The notes below the pieces were generated by a model. That model saw only the letters and a list, made by a program, of their open reading frames with translations. It was not told where the DNA came from and did not search any database. The translations under genes and the position numbers were made by a program. A DNA stretch of 64,000 nt from Bdellovibrionales bacterium (GTDB lineage: Bacteria; Bdellovibrionota; Bdellovibrionia; Bdellovibrionales; UBA1609), in NCBI GenBank assembly GCA_038144835.1, contig JAYQON010000001.1:3483-67482 (forward strand), given 5' to 3'. The stretch's first letter is position 1. Each line of letters begins with the position of its first letter. Positions 28,056 to 38,349 of the stretch are shown here, piece by piece.

Positions 28056-29558
28056 TTAAACGTTCCTCATGGATTTCAGCCGACCATGTCGTTTCCATTG
28101 GCTAGCTATGTTGTAGTCGCCCACATCCCTAGATTTACTTTGATTGTATGCCTCAATCGCGGCGGCGATCAAAAATACGTCATTATCGACAAACATGAAC
28201 AGTTCACGATGTTTTTTGCCGGCAATCTGTTGATCAATAAATTGAGTGGTGTAAGTGCCTTCTATAAACGCAGGATGTACAAGAATGTTTTTGTGCAAAA
28301 CAATGTTGCTCTTAATTCCCGTGAGCATATACTCCGCGAGTGCGCGCTGAGTGCGTTCAATGCACTCCTTTCGGTCCGCACCCCAAACAATCAGTTTGGC
28401 GATCATTGGGTCGTAATAAATCGGCACTTCATAGCCTGGATAGGCGCAATTATCGAGTCGGACAAAAGGACCCGCAGGCATACGATATTTTCGAATTTTG
28501 CCTGGATTAGGTGTGAAATTGACAGGGTCCTCGGCGCATATTCTTAGCTCAATGGCATGACCTTTTTGGCGCACCTCCGACTGCTTGAAAGAAAGGGGAT
28601 TGCCCATAGCCACCGAGATTTGTTCTTTAACCAAATCGAAACCCGTGACTAGCTCGGTCACGGGGTGCTCGACTTGCAGACGGGTATTCATCTCCATAAA
28701 GAAGAATTCTTTTGTTTTGTTATCAAATATGAATTCAATGGTTCCAGCGCCAACATATTGAATTGACTTGCCGGCACGCACAGCCACCTCTCCTAACTTT
28801 TCACGAACATCGGACGGAACGGAAATGCTAGGTGACTCTTCGATCAGCTTTTGATGTCGGCGTTGCATTGAGCATTCGCGCTCATAAAGATGTACAACAT
28901 TGCCATGAGTGTCCCCAAAAATCTGAACTTCAATGTGTTTAGGGTTTTGTATAAAACGCTCAATAAAAACACGATCATCTTTAAAGTAATTTTTACCTTC
29001 GCTTTGACAAGCTCGAAAGGCGCTGGCTAATTCTTTTGGGTCGTGTACGACACGAATACCTTTACCACCACCGCCGGCAGAAGCTTTTAGAATTACAGGG
29101 TAGCCAATACGCTCAGCTTCTTTCTTGGCCGTCTCAGCATCGGGAACTGCGCCCTCTGTGCCTGGTACTGTTGGCACTCCTGCTTTTTTCATGAGTTCGC
29201 GAGAGGCGAGTTTGTCTCCCATGGCTAGAATGTTTTCAACAGTTGGACCAATAAACACGAGTCCAGCTTCCGTAACCGCTTTAGCAAATTCTGGCGATTC
29301 GCTCAAAAAACCATAGCCTGGATGAATTGCTTCAGCGCCAGCCTTCTTTGCCACTTCGAGAATTTTCGAAATGTTGAGATAAGACTGGGCGCTGGGCGGG
29401 GGGCCTATGTGATAAGCCTCATCGGCTAACATAACGTGTAATCCGTTACGATCAGCATCAGAATACACTGCTACCGAGGTCACTCCGAGTTCGCGCAGAG
29501 TGCGGGTAACCCGGATGGCGATTTCTCCTCGATTGGCGATCAGCACTTTTTTAAACAT
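28056..29558 (-). CDS. accC: Biotin carboxylase subunit (acetyl/propionyl-CoA carboxylase)
   Basis: MFKKVLIANRGEIAIR, ATP-grasp GYPVILKASAGGGGKGIRV and EMNTRLQVEHPVTE. Confidence 0.9.
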   Translation of the reverse strand: MFKKVLIANRGEIAIRVTRTLRELGVTSVAVYSDADRNGLHVMLADEAYHIGPPPSAQSYLNISKILEVAKKAGAEAIHPGYGFLSESPEFAKAVTEAGLVFIGPTVENILAMGDKLASRELMKKAGVPTVPGTEGAVPDAETAKKEAERIGYPVILKASAGGGGKGIRVVHDPKELASAFRACQSEGKNYFKDDRVFIERFIQNPKHIEVQIFGDTHGNVVHLYERECSMQRRHQKLIEESPSISVPSDVREKLGEVAVRAGKSIQYVGAGTIEFIFDNKTKEFFFMEMNTRLQVEHPVTELVTGFDLVKEQISVAMGNPLSFKQSEVRQKGHAIELRICAEDPVNFTPNPGKIRKYRMPAGPFVRLDNCAYPGYEVPIYYDPMIAKLIVWGADRKECIERTQRALAEYMLTGIKSNIVLHKNILVHPAFIEGTYTTQFIDQQIAGKKHRELFMFVDNDVFLIAAAIEAYNQSKSRDVGDYNIASQWKRHGRLKSMRNV

Positions 29559-29569
29559 TACACATCACC

Positions 29570-31138
29570 TCACAGGGGAATGTTGCCGTGTTTTTTGGGC
29601 GGATTAGTATCACGCTTGTTCTTGAGCATTTCCAATGAATCAATCAGCCGTTTGCGTGTAGTGGCGGGTTCGATGATTTCGTCGATATAGCCAACCTCTG
29701 CTGCCACATAAGGATTTGCAAATTTAGCTTCGTAGTCTTTAGTTAAGCGAGAACGCTCAGCAGCCTGATCTTTAGCTCCATTTATGGCGTTACGGAATAT
29801 GATGTTGACGGCACCTTCGGCACCCATGACGGCAATTTCGGCCGTTGGGTAAGCCATATTGATGTCACCTCGCAAATGTTTAGATGACATTACGTCATAA
29901 GCTCCGCCATAGGCCTTGCGAGTGATGATTGTGATTTTGGGCACTGTGGCTTCGGCATAAGCATACATCAGCTTGGCGCCGTGAGTGATGATACCATTCC
30001 ATTCTTGCTCAGTACCGGGCAAGAACCCAGGAACATCAACGAAGGTAATGACAGGAATATTGAAAGCATCACAGAAACGGATAAAACGTGCCGCCTTAAC
30101 ACTGGCTTCAATATTCAAACAGCCGGCAAGAACATTGGGCTGGTTGGCCACAATTCCGACACTGCGTCCGTTGAGACGAGCAAAGCCAACAATGATGTTT
30201 TTAGCGTAATGTTTATGGAGTTCTAAAAAGTAACCTTCATCAACAACCTTGGTGATGAGTTGCACCATATCGTAGGGTTTGCGTGGGTTGTCCGGAATGA
30301 AACTATTAAGGGATTCCTCGACCCGATCTGGGCGGTCTTTGGTCGGTAGCACTGGGGAATCATCCAGATTGTTCGAAGGAAGAAAGTTGAGCAGCTCGCG
30401 GATCATCAGCAAGCAATCGCGGTCATCCTCAGTGGCAAAATGAGCAACGCCCGACTTGGAGGCGTGAGTCAGCGCACCCCCAAGTTCTTCCTTAGACACT
30501 TCTTCATGAGTGACCGCTTTGATGACATCAGGTCCAGTCACGAACATATAAGAGGTATTTTTCACCATGAAGATGAAATCCGTGAGAGAGGGGGAGTATA
30601 CAGCGCCACCTGCACATGGCCCCATGATAGCGCTAATTTGCGGCACCACTCCAGACGTCAATACGTTTCTCAGAAAAATATCCGCGTAGCCACCTAAAGC
30701 CTCTACACCTTCTTGAATCCGCGCCCCCCCAGAGTCATTCAAGCCAATGATAGGCGAGCCATTTTTTACAGCGAGGTCCATAATTTTGATGATTTTATTG
30801 GCTTGGGTTCGCGACATACTGCCGCCGAAAACTGTAAAGTCTTGACTGTAGACGTAGACGATCTTGCCATTGACTCGACCGTAACCAGTGATCACCCCGT
30901 CCCCAGCAATCTTTTGCTCGCCCATGCCAAAATTTGAGCAACGATGGGTGACAAAGCGATCAATTTCTACAAAGCTACCCGGATCAAGCAAGACATCCAG
31001 TCGCTCACGAGCTGTCAACCGTCCGCCCTGCTTATGCTTAACTACGCGATCGGCACCGCCGCCGGTGAATGCGGTTTCGTTACGCCTTTCCAGATCGTTA
31101 AGCTTTTGCAATGTCGTGGAGGGAACTTCAGTATCCAT
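29570..31138 (-). CDS. pccB: Acyl-CoA (propionyl-CoA) carboxylase beta subunit / carboxyltransferase
   Basis: 522 aa with two crotonase-like carboxyltransferase halves. Motifs [18 protein letters not shown] and [13 protein letters not shown]. Confidence 0.9.
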   Translation of the reverse strand: MDTEVPSTTLQKLNDLERRNETAFTGGGADRVVKHKQGGRLTARERLDVLLDPGSFVEIDRFVTHRCSNFGMGEQKIAGDGVITGYGRVNGKIVYVYSQDFTVFGGSMSRTQANKIIKIMDLAVKNGSPIIGLNDSGGARIQEGVEALGGYADIFLRNVLTSGVVPQISAIMGPCAGGAVYSPSLTDFIFMVKNTSYMFVTGPDVIKAVTHEEVSKEELGGALTHASKSGVAHFATEDDRDCLLMIRELLNFLPSNNLDDSPVLPTKDRPDRVEESLNSFIPDNPRKPYDMVQLITKVVDEGYFLELHKHYAKNIIVGFARLNGRSVGIVANQPNVLAGCLNIEASVKAARFIRFCDAFNIPVITFVDVPGFLPGTEQEWNGIITHGAKLMYAYAEATVPKITIITRKAYGGAYDVMSSKHLRGDINMAYPTAEIAVMGAEGAVNIIFRNAINGAKDQAAERSRLTKDYEAKFANPYVAAEVGYIDEIIEPATTRKRLIDSLEMLKNKRDTNPPKKHGNIPL

Positions 31139-31161
31139 TGTTTACACCTCATCTACAAAAT

Positions 31162-32451
31162 TTACGGATAATTACGGCCATACATGCGCGGGAAGGGGAT
31201 GGTTTCACGTACGTGCTGGATTCCGCAGACCCAGGCTACAGTCCGCTCCACTCCCAGTCCAAAACCTGCGTGCTGAAAGGATCCGTATTTTCTTAAATCT
31301 AAATACCATTCGAAGTCTTTAATGTTGAGCTTATGCTCCTCAATCTTGCGAACCAGAACTTCGTAGCTGTCTTCGCGCTGGCCACCACCAATAACTTCAC
31401 CATAGCCCTCCGGCGCAAGCAAATCACAGCTCATGCTATAGCCAGGCTCTTTGGGGTCTTCCTTCATATAAAAGGCTTTAATGGCTGAAGGAAAATGATG
31501 CACAAAAACCGGCTTATCGATTTTGGAGCTAATTATAGCTTCATCGGGAGCACCGAAGTCATCACCAACAATAAAGTTTGGGTTTTCTTTGAGAATCATT
31601 TCGGTGGCTTCTTTATAATGAATACGTGGAAACGGAGCCAAGACTTTGCTTAGCATTTCTGTGTTGCGCTCCAGTACTTTTAGCTCTTCAGCCTTATTCT
31701 TCAGTGTTCTTTGTACGACGTACTCTACGAACTCCTCGGCCAACTCCATATTGTCATAAAGATCGTTGAAAGCCACCTCGGGCTCAACCATCCAGAACTC
31801 TATTAAATGTCGCCGAGTCTTTGATTTTTCAGCACGGAATGTGGGTCCGAAACAATAAACTTTGCCTAAGGCAGCGGCTGTGGCTTCCATATACAACTGC
31901 CCACTTTGCGACAAAAAGGCTTTTTCGTCGAAATACTTAGTTTCGAAAAGAGTAGAGGTCCCTTCACAAGCGCTGGGGGTAAAAATAGGCGCATCCGTCA
32001 AGGTGAACCCGCGGCCATCAAAAAAATCGCGGATAGCCGCAACAATCTCGGCTCGCACCCGAAGTACAGCATGCTGACGTTTTGATCGAATCCAAAGATG
32101 GCGATGATTGAGCAGAAAATCTGGCCCATGCTCTTTAGGCGTGATGGGATAATCAACGCTGCCTGCTTGAATCTCTAGACTGCGAGCACTTAATTCAAAG
32201 CCGCCCGGACTGCGTTTTTCCTCACGCACGAGACCCGTGACTTTTACGCAAGATTCCTGAGAAAGCTGCTCAAAATCTTCCAACGCCTTATCATCACATT
32301 CGCCCCTAAAATAGACGCATTGACAGATGCCCGTACCGTCTCGTAGCAGCAGAAATTTAACTTTGCCCGAGGAGCGATGGTTGTAGACCCACCCGTGCAG
32401 AGACACTGTCTTGCCAATATGATCTTTGAGATCAGAAATATAAACTCTCAT
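31162..32451 (-). CDS. asnS: Asparaginyl-tRNA synthetase
   Basis: OB-fold N-terminus ([22 protein letters not shown]). Class II motifs [19 protein letters not shown] and [13 protein letters not shown] 32451 is chosen over the upstream extension. Confidence 0.9.
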   Translation of the reverse strand: MRVYISDLKDHIGKTVSLHGWVYNHRSSGKVKFLLLRDGTGICQCVYFRGECDDKALEDFEQLSQESCVKVTGLVREEKRSPGGFELSARSLEIQAGSVDYPITPKEHGPDFLLNHRHLWIRSKRQHAVLRVRAEIVAAIRDFFDGRGFTLTDAPIFTPSACEGTSTLFETKYFDEKAFLSQSGQLYMEATAAALGKVYCFGPTFRAEKSKTRRHLIEFWMVEPEVAFNDLYDNMELAEEFVEYVVQRTLKNKAEELKVLERNTEMLSKVLAPFPRIHYKEATEMILKENPNFIVGDDFGAPDEAIISSKIDKPVFVHHFPSAIKAFYMKEDPKEPGYSMSCDLLAPEGYGEVIGGGQREDSYEVLVRKIEEHKLNIKDFEWYLDLRKYGSFQHAGFGLGVERTVAWVCGIQHVRETIPFPRMYGRNYP

Positions 32452-32572
32452 AACACCCCGCAAGGCGGTCGTAATGGAATGATATAGAATGAAAACTTTT
32501 AACACGTGGGCGGGTGTCTGGGAAACGCTTCTATTTGGGCTATGCGTCTAAGGATGCACAGCTTAAAATTGT

Positions 32573-33844
32573 CTAGAAAGACTCTAGAATACGACGTAAT
32601 TCAGATAGAGCGCGGCGTAAATCCAATCGGCCTTGGGAGGCGTTCAGAAAGTCTGTGTAGCGAGTTGCAGAGGCATATAGGGCGTCTCTGATCTGCTGAG
32701 GTGATGCCTCTGGATGGGCACTTTTTAGTAAGGCGACCGCGCCAGAGACGAAAGGTGCGGCCATGCTTGTGCCACTTAGCGATGCCATTCCTCCGGGGAC
32801 GGTGGAGATGATGTCTGTGCCGGGCGCAAAAATATGGACACTCCGTCGGCCGTAATTAGAGTAATCGGCCATAAAATCGTTTTCACCAACGGCTCCGACA
32901 GTAATTTGTGCCGGCAAATCAAACGAAGCAGGATATTCTCGATAGATGTCTAGGTTAAGGCGCTCATTGCCCGCAGCCGCGACAAACACGATGCCACGTT
33001 CATTCAAATTGGCGATGGCGTCCTTTAAAGATCGAGAACAGTTACTGCCACCCCAGCTTGCATTGATAACCTTTACTCCGCGAGACGACGCATAGATTAT
33101 GGCACGCACACCATCAGCCAAACTTCCGCTTCCGTTTTCATCCAAAAATGCTAGAGGCAAAATTTTAGCTTCGGGGGCTACCCCTTGAACATAAGTAGAA
33201 CCGCTGGCGATGAGATCTGTATGCTGACCCGCGATGATTCCAGCGATATGTGTTCCATGAAAATTATAATCTCCCAGCAGCGGTTTATTACGAATGAAGT
33301 CGTAGCCTGCGGCATCGTCTATGAAACCGTTGCCATCATCATCGATTCCGTTGTTGGAACGATCGAGCCCTTGATTGTCTAGGCCGGCTTCGCCAGGATT
33401 CACAAATACTCTTTTGCGCAGCTGTGTGTGAGTGAGATCCATGCCTGAGTCAATAACGGCTACCCCTACGTCTGTTCCGCGCACATTTTGTTGCCAAAGA
33501 GTGTCTGCGCCGACGACCTTGGCGCCCCAATTATCATTGTAGGCCGACTGTGCTAACGAGTTCACCAAGTTGACTTTAGAATGTATTCTGAAATCATGTT
33601 CGGCGAATTCCACTTCATCGAGGTGTTCGGTCAGATAACCTGCAATGAATTGCTCCTTTGAAGAAGCGGAGACCACTTCAAGACGCCCATCTAAATATTT
33701 CACCATAAAACGATTCGGTATTGCTTCGCCCAGACATTCAGCGCTGGCTTTCTCAAAACTGTCACTGGCATTTTTGGTTTTGCTGCAGGCTGTAGTGATA
33801 GCAAGTACGGCAATAAAAAAAATGAAGCGAATTTTCTGATTCAT
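32573..33844 (-). CDS. Subtilisin-like S8 serine peptidase, lipoprotein
   Basis: Asp/His/Ser triad motifs VAVIDSGMD, HGTHIAGII and GTSMAAPFVSG. Signal peptide with lipobox ITTAC after ATG 33844. Confidence 0.85.
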   Translation of the reverse strand: MNQKIRFIFFIAVLAITTACSKTKNASDSFEKASAECLGEAIPNRFMVKYLDGRLEVVSASSKEQFIAGYLTEHLDEVEFAEHDFRIHSKVNLVNSLAQSAYNDNWGAKVVGADTLWQQNVRGTDVGVAVIDSGMDLTHTQLRKRVFVNPGEAGLDNQGLDRSNNGIDDDGNGFIDDAAGYDFIRNKPLLGDYNFHGTHIAGIIAGQHTDLIASGSTYVQGVAPEAKILPLAFLDENGSGSLADGVRAIIYASSRGVKVINASWGGSNCSRSLKDAIANLNERGIVFVAAAGNERLNLDIYREYPASFDLPAQITVGAVGENDFMADYSNYGRRSVHIFAPGTDIISTVPGGMASLSGTSMAAPFVSGAVALLKSAHPEASPQQIRDALYASATRYTDFLNASQGRLDLRRALSELRRILESF

Positions 33845-34012
33845 GCCCATCCCTTTTGTAGGAGATCCCAAAGCCAGCGCTATAAGTAGTGTACGTTTGA
33901 AGGGTCATTCCGGTTAGTCCAAGACCGACGTAGACTCAAAGCCGAAGCTTCTCGAGCCTTTTTCTAGACCTTCATTCTGGACCTTGCGCCGGAGCGGCCT
34001 TAAGCTTGGCTT

Positions 34013-36148
34013 ATGAATATAAAAAGTTTTGCAAAAATTTTCTTTTTTGGGTTGGTCCTGTGTCTGGCCTTTTTGATTGTGCAAAAAGGTTGGTTGCAAC
34101 ATCTGACGTTCGCAACACTCAAACAGCAACATGCGGATCTGCGCGAGTGGACAGATATTCATTTTTTGTATGCGTTGTTTTTGTACTCGCTCACCTACGT
34201 TTTGGTGACGGCCTTCGCTTTGCCAGGAGCTGCAGTTATGACTCTTGCCGGGGGAGCCTTTTTTGGCATGGTGTGGGGCGTGGCGGCGGTCTCTTTAGCG
34301 AGCACTTTGGGCGCCACTCTTTGCTTTTTGGGCTCTCGATGGCTATTTCGCGATTATGTTGTTCGTCGCTTTGGCAACACTTACGAAAAAGTGCAAAAGG
34401 GGCTCGACAATTCAGGTGGATTTTATTTGTTTACTCTGCGTCTGACTCCAATGGTTCCGTTTTTTATCGTCAATCTCGTATTTGGACTTACGCGTATTCG
34501 CGTGAGTCAATTTTTTCTTATATCTCAAATTGGAATGCTGCCGGCGACTTTGACTTTTGTAAATGCGGGAACACGCTTGAGTGAAATTGAATCGCTGGCA
34601 GGAATTATTAGTCTCCCCATAGCTTTATCATTTTTAGCTTTGGGAATTTTCCCGTGGCTGGCGAAAGGTTCATTGATTATGATCGAGCGCCGCAAGCGAT
34701 ACGCTGCATTCACCCGTCCAAGTCGTTTCGAATATGATGTAGCCGTGATTGGTGCTGGCGCTGGAGGGTTGGTTTCAGCCTATGTCACGGCAGCTCTCAA
34801 AGGAACAGTGGCACTCATTGAGCAGAGCCGGATGGGTGGCGACTGCTTGTATACAGGATGTGTGCCCAGCAAGACGTTGCTACGTAGCGCCCAGGTGGCA
34901 CAGCTTATGCGGCGAGGTCAGGAATTTGGTTTGCAATCTATCGAGCCAAGTGTTGACCTCCGGAGTGTCTTTGCACGAATTCAAAGAGTAATCCAAAAAA
35001 TTGAACCTCATGACTCTGTGGAGCGTTACACCCAGCTTGGAGTGGACTGTGTTCACGGTCGCGCCTTTTTGCGTGATCCGTTTCGTGTGCAAGTTGGAGA
35101 CCGGGTCATTACCGCGCGCAATATTATTATCGCCACAGGAGCTTCTCCGGTGGTTCCTCAAATCGATGGTCTTGATGCCGTACCATACTTTACATCTGAG
35201 AATCTTTGGAAAATGAAACAAGTTCCGCAGAGACTACTTATTATCGGTGGTGGGCCAATTGGCTGTGAGTTGGCCCAGGCGTTTCAAAGGCTAGGCTGTG
35301 CCATAACTCTGTTGGAGCGCACTCCGCGCCTCTTGTCTTCTGAGGATGAAGATGTTTCCTCTTTTGTGACTGATCTTTTGCGGTCCGAGGGTGTTGAGGT
35401 TATAACTAGTAGCCAGGTTGATGCCTTTCAAACGGCCAGCAGTAGCTTTAGAGCCTCACTCAACGGTGGCCAGACGATATATTTTGACGCGGTCATTTTA
35501 GCTGTGGGACGCAGAGCGAATACTCAGGGGTTTGGTCTACAGGAACTGGGAATTTCAACAAGACCGGATGGCACGATTGAGACTGACGAATATCTACGTA
35601 CTTCCTATCCAAACATTTTTGCATGTGGTGATGTTGCTGGACCCTTTCAGTTCACTCACGCGGCCTCCCACCAGGGAAGTCATGCCGCTTTAAATGCATT
35701 GTTTGCTCCGTTTAAAAAATTCAGGATCGACTATTCAAGTTTGCCACATTGTACGTATATTTCTCCGGAAGTCGCGCGGGTCGGCCTCAACGAACAGGGC
35801 GCACGTGCGCGAGGTGTTTTATTTGATACCTTTAAGTACGACCTTGGCCAACTCGATAGAGCCATTTGCGAAGGTGAAGAACGAGGCTTTGTCAAAGTTT
35901 TAACAGCTAAGGGGACGGGACGCTTGCTGGGAGCCACAGTGGTGGGTCCTCATGCTGGCGAAACCATTGCTGAGTTTGTCTTGGCGCTGCGAAAAAATCT
36001 AAGTTTGTCAGACATAATGGCTACGGTTCACTCTTATCCCACTTTTGCGGAGGGTAACCGGTTTGTAGCTGGAATTTGGCAGCGTTCCCGTGCTCCACAA
36101 GGTATCTTAAAAATCTTGCAGCGACTGCACGCGTGGAGGCGTGGCTAA
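34013..36148 (+). CDS. Fusion protein: DedA/VTT (SNARE-associated, TVP38/TMEM64-like) membrane domain plus class-I pyridine nucleotide-disulfide oxidoreductase
   Basis: The N-terminal ~230 aa are polytopic. Then come FAD-binding VAVIGAGAGG, redox disulfide GGDCLYTGCVPSK, NAD-binding IIGGGPIGCE and a dimerisation-domain HSYPTFAE His-Glu pair. There is no MerA-type C-terminal Cys pair. Confidence 0.8.
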   Translation: MNIKSFAKIFFFGLVLCLAFLIVQKGWLQHLTFATLKQQHADLREWTDIHFLYALFLYSLTYVLVTAFALPGAAVMTLAGGAFFGMVWGVAAVSLASTLGATLCFLGSRWLFRDYVVRRFGNTYEKVQKGLDNSGGFYLFTLRLTPMVPFFIVNLVFGLTRIRVSQFFLISQIGMLPATLTFVNAGTRLSEIESLAGIISLPIALSFLALGIFPWLAKGSLIMIERRKRYAAFTRPSRFEYDVAVIGAGAGGLVSAYVTAALKGTVALIEQSRMGGDCLYTGCVPSKTLLRSAQVAQLMRRGQEFGLQSIEPSVDLRSVFARIQRVIQKIEPHDSVERYTQLGVDCVHGRAFLRDPFRVQVGDRVITARNIIIATGASPVVPQIDGLDAVPYFTSENLWKMKQVPQRLLIIGGGPIGCELAQAFQRLGCAITLLERTPRLLSSEDEDVSSFVTDLLRSEGVEVITSSQVDAFQTASSSFRASLNGGQTIYFDAVILAVGRRANTQGFGLQELGISTRPDGTIETDEYLRTSYPNIFACGDVAGPFQFTHAASHQGSHAALNALFAPFKKFRIDYSSLPHCTYISPEVARVGLNEQGARARGVLFDTFKYDLGQLDRAICEGEERGFVKVLTAKGTGRLLGATVVGPHAGETIAEFVLALRKNLSLSDIMATVHSYPTFAEGNRFVAGIWQRSRAPQGILKILQRLHAWRRG

Positions 36149-38160
36149 ACAGCTGAGCCTTGGTCAGAACTTGATTCGCCCGGTGCAAGTAACGCCATCC
36201 CCACGCTCAATAAAAGCATTATTGAGAAGGCGATACTGAAGCCAAGCTCCAGGGCAATAGCTTTAGTTTGCATACCAGCAAACAAAGCGCCAGAGGCCAT
36301 CGCTCCGAGGACGAGTGGAATGAGTCGGGTCGAACGTGCAGAAACAATTTGGAAAAATACGCCAAAAGCTGCACCCCCGCTGATGGCGGGTAAAAATAAA
36401 AAACCACTGGCGAGCCAAAGAAACTCTAACCCAGAGAGAGGAGCCTGAACAAAAGCATCTAAGCCGACATAAGCGACCATACATGCGCCCACGTGAGAAA
36501 TCAGAATCCAACGCAGAGTTTGTCCAGGACGCTGAAATTTTGATGACTCTATAAGGAAGCAAGCCACGGCACCGGTGAGAAGAAACAGATCAAGGGTAAG
36601 AACAAGAGACAGAGTTGCTCGCCCACTAAGATAAATGACCTTCTCTAAAAATAAAATTTGCAGCCCCACATAGGAAATGCCAGACATCAGAGCGTAGATT
36701 ACAAAAACGCTCGAAAGTTTCACCTGACCACCTTGTACAAACAAACGCTTCAAGCCTACGGCAATCAGGCCAATCAATAGTAAGGGAACCAAGAAGAGCC
36801 CTAGCTTCACGGCCGAGTATGGTATCCCTACGATTTCTGCAGCTTGAAACAGTGGTAGAATAGATGCATGCGGGGAGATAGTTTGTTTGAGTTTGAAGTC
36901 ATCCGAAGCGTAGATGGTTTCGAATGAGGCCCAGCGATCAGCTCGCAAAATTCTCAGGCGCTCAGGGGCTGAAAATTTTCCGTTTTTGGCGATGAGAACG
37001 GGAATGCTATCGGTTTTTGGGTCTTTCGTTGGCAAGCTCAGTTGAGCTATCTCACTGTGTTGGTAAACTGAACGAAGAGCTTGTCGCAGTCTATTTCTTC
37101 GCCATTTCCATTCGGTTGCGTTGTCCAAAGAGCCCGACAAAATCAATGCTCCGTTGGGTTGGATCCGTGCTAAGTAATTGATAAATGTTTGGGTGGAATC
37201 AGAGTGGGAATCGCTCAAACCCCAAGGCTTATTCATGTTGGTGCTGGCGGCTTGTTGCCAAACGATCAAGTTGTAAGTCTGTTTAGAGTGGTTCTTGCGA
37301 AAATGAAACGCTGGATCTTCAAGCTCTAGGTGGATGTTTCCTGAGGAGTAATCGACTGCAGGGTTGCGATCTAGAGACAAAAATGCAGACTCGGGTGAGG
37401 ATTGGCTACTAATTACGTCGATGTGTTCAAAGCCACTTCGCCGCAAGGACTCTACAGCCGGGGTAGATCGGATATTAAGAAGTGCCGCACGTTCTCGTCG
37501 CGAAGTTAAGGAGAAAATTAGCAATCCCTTTTCGGATTGATACCAAGAATTCTCTAAGTGAGTTTCAGCAGAGATGCCCCGGTTTGTTGAAAAGGGAGAG
37601 TAAATAAGCATAGCAATTAGCGCCAGAAGATGAGCCATCAAACCAGCCTTATTATCGCGCCAATCGCCAAGCAGAGCGAAGCTTGTAAACAGCGCGGATG
37701 ACCAACAGAAGCCACTCAGTGCTCCGGGATATCCAAAGAGCTCTACAAACAAAGGAAGGGTTCCTGCTAGTGCCGCCCCTAGCCCAGCGGCAACAGCCGT
37801 GAGCAGAGGCGACGTGTCGGAAAGCAAAAGCGCTAAAGAAAGACCTGAGGCGGTGGTGATTAATAAGCCTAAACTCAAAGAAAATAAGATCAAATAATTG
37901 TCGGCGCCGGAGTGTTGTAAAAATAAGAAAAAGATAGGGCTCAGCAGGGTGGCCAAAATCATACCCCGCGCTCGATATTCGCACCTCATAACGCTCACAT
38001 CGCGAGCAAAGGTAAGAATGCACCCCAAAGCCCAACCCCAAAAAATCAAGGGAAATAAAAAAGATAAACTATAATTATTTATAAAACTGGGGGAGTGGAT
38101 CGAAAGAAGAAAAAAGCCGATCAGCTGGTATCCGCTAGCAAAAGCCATACTTTGAGGCAT
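36145..38160 (-). CDS. Large polytopic membrane protein with central soluble domain resembling a degenerate spermidine synthase/methyltransferase fold
   Basis: About 6 TM segments at each end. The central ~240 aa follow the aminopropyltransferase layout (IHLELEDPAFHF...YNLIVWQ...FINYLARIQPNGALIL). The Gly-rich SAM-site position reads VISSQSSP. Confidence 0.5.
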   Translation of the reverse strand: MPQSMAFASGYQLIGFFLLSIHSPSFINNYSLSFLFPLIFWGWALGCILTFARDVSVMRCEYRARGMILATLLSPIFFLFLQHSGADNYLILFSLSLGLLITTASGLSLALLLSDTSPLLTAVAAGLGAALAGTLPLFVELFGYPGALSGFCWSSALFTSFALLGDWRDNKAGLMAHLLALIAMLIYSPFSTNRGISAETHLENSWYQSEKGLLIFSLTSRRERAALLNIRSTPAVESLRRSGFEHIDVISSQSSPESAFLSLDRNPAVDYSSGNIHLELEDPAFHFRKNHSKQTYNLIVWQQAASTNMNKPWGLSDSHSDSTQTFINYLARIQPNGALILSGSLDNATEWKWRRNRLRQALRSVYQHSEIAQLSLPTKDPKTDSIPVLIAKNGKFSAPERLRILRADRWASFETIYASDDFKLKQTISPHASILPLFQAAEIVGIPYSAVKLGLFLVPLLLIGLIAVGLKRLFVQGGQVKLSSVFVIYALMSGISYVGLQILFLEKVIYLSGRATLSLVLTLDLFLLTGAVACFLIESSKFQRPGQTLRWILISHVGACMVAYVGLDAFVQAPLSGLEFLWLASGFLFLPAISGGAAFGVFFQIVSARSTRLIPLVLGAMASGALFAGMQTKAIALELGFSIAFSIMLLLSVGMALLAPGESSSDQGSAV

Positions 38161-38349
38161 ACAGTAATGACAAGGCCTGAGCGGGATGGAGTCAAATGAT
38201 AAGCTGAAGGTTTTAGCTATTAAGCATTCAGTGTAAGCTTATTTTACTCGCCTATAAGGCTTAGTGTGGTGCACGACGGAAGTCTAAGTCCTCAGTAAAC
38301 TCTGCGCTCAATTGACATTTACGGCGAATTGGAGCAATCCGGAAGTAAG

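Noticed and set aside
27529-28098. The full-length 189-aa BCCP ORF starting at 28098.
   Set aside because: It would overlap the biotin carboxylase 3' end by 43 nt. ATG 28053 sits 2 nt after that gene's stop (TAAacATG), which is the more plausible coupled start.
34006-34584. A 192-aa plus-strand ORF starting 7 nt before the DedA-reductase fusion gene.
   Set aside because: It is an alternative frame of the same region. The 711-aa frame carries recognisable DedA and flavoprotein motifs, and this frame carries none.
34700-36148. Mercuric reductase (MerA) identity for the oxidoreductase part of the fusion protein.
   Set aside because: It has no C-terminal Cys-Cys pair, no NmerA/HMA domain, and no merR/T/P genes nearby. 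Only the generic class-I disulfide reductase motifs are present.
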